Assembly (NCBI GenBank): GCA_043228905.1
Contig: JBHGNT010000001.1
Coordinates: 34,348,001-34,412,000, forward strand
Direction: 5' to 3'
DNA: 64,000 nucleotides
Origin: Azolla caroliniana
Taxonomy: Eukaryota > Plantae > Polypodiophyta
A model generated the notes under the pieces. It had not been told where the DNA came from. It made no database searches and was given only the letters and a program-made list of their open reading frames with translations. Positions 63,244 to 64,000 of this stretch are shown piece after piece. Each line of letters begins with the position of its first letter. The first letter of the stretch is position 1. The translations under genes and the position numbers were made by a program.

Positions 63244-64000
63244 AATACTCGCAATTTACCGAATCTTGCAAATAAGCTTCACTAAATTCATTCAGTAAAT
63301 TAATAATCTTGATTATGAGCAAATTTGTACATCATCAGAGTATTTGTACATTAAGTACTGCATTATAAACAAAATGTGTAAATAATGTAGAATGTTAATG
63401 TCATTGGTATCAGTGGTTTTGGTTTAAATTTTAACTCATTAATATGGTAACACCTTTGCAATGTGGCAATATAAACTAGAAAAAGGATTGTGCCCATTTC
63501 TCTTTTTGTTCATTCAATGGTGGCCAAGTCAACCCCATCCATAAAAGTTTCGAAATAGCCCGAAAAAGGTCACGACTTAGAGTAATTACTCATGCAAAAG
63601 TAATAGTATCACATTCAATGTAGCTCAATATTCTATCATTGTTTCCAAAAATACCTCATGAAGGATTATATGGCGAGGGGTAGAAGTAATGTGGACATAC
63701 TACACGTGATAAGGAAAGGGGTGAAAGAAAAAGTTGATAATGCAAAGCAAAAGGCCAAACTCAACCTCTAGGACAAAACATGGTCCAATGTTGAGTAAAG
63801 ATTGTTTAATCACAATAAAAGAAAAAATTTAGGGGTTCATACAGAACTATTTTCATAATAATGCAAGACTTGGCCAAACTTTGTGACCCATGTTCAAATG
63901 TGAAATGGTACAAACTAACGTTCGACACCTTTAAAGACATGACATTAGTATATTGTCGTAGAGCCAAAACATAAAGTTTCACTTCGAAAATCTACCAAAA

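Overview
Eukaryotic land-plant nuclear DNA. It is most likely from a fern, inferred from the style of the long intronless PLS-PPR gene and the LINE ORF2 C-termini. Six apparently intact genes were found: an IRK-interacting (IRKI/GIL1-type) protein (+), a 1197-aa PLS-E PPR editing factor (-), a 7-exon G-patch/C2H2 zinc-finger protein (-), a kinase-less L-type lectin receptor-like protein with an extracellular His/Asp/Trp repeat (-), an 11-exon full-size ABCB transporter that needs one GC-AG intron (-), and a 2-exon IRK/PXC2-type LRR-VII receptor kinase (-). The intergenic space holds four 5'-truncated LINEs with readable target-site duplications (TSDs), two hAT-type MITEs, decayed PPR sequences and local duplications. 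The most unusual observation is two homologous, TSD-flanked insertions (32.8 kb and 46.8-48.8 kb) made of decayed PPR coding sequence. They end in the same 3' motif (AACTAATGGAA.GA) as a LINE in this window, which suggests a family of PPR-derived non-autonomous retroposons. All exon boundaries and alignments were derived by eye and no database search was run.
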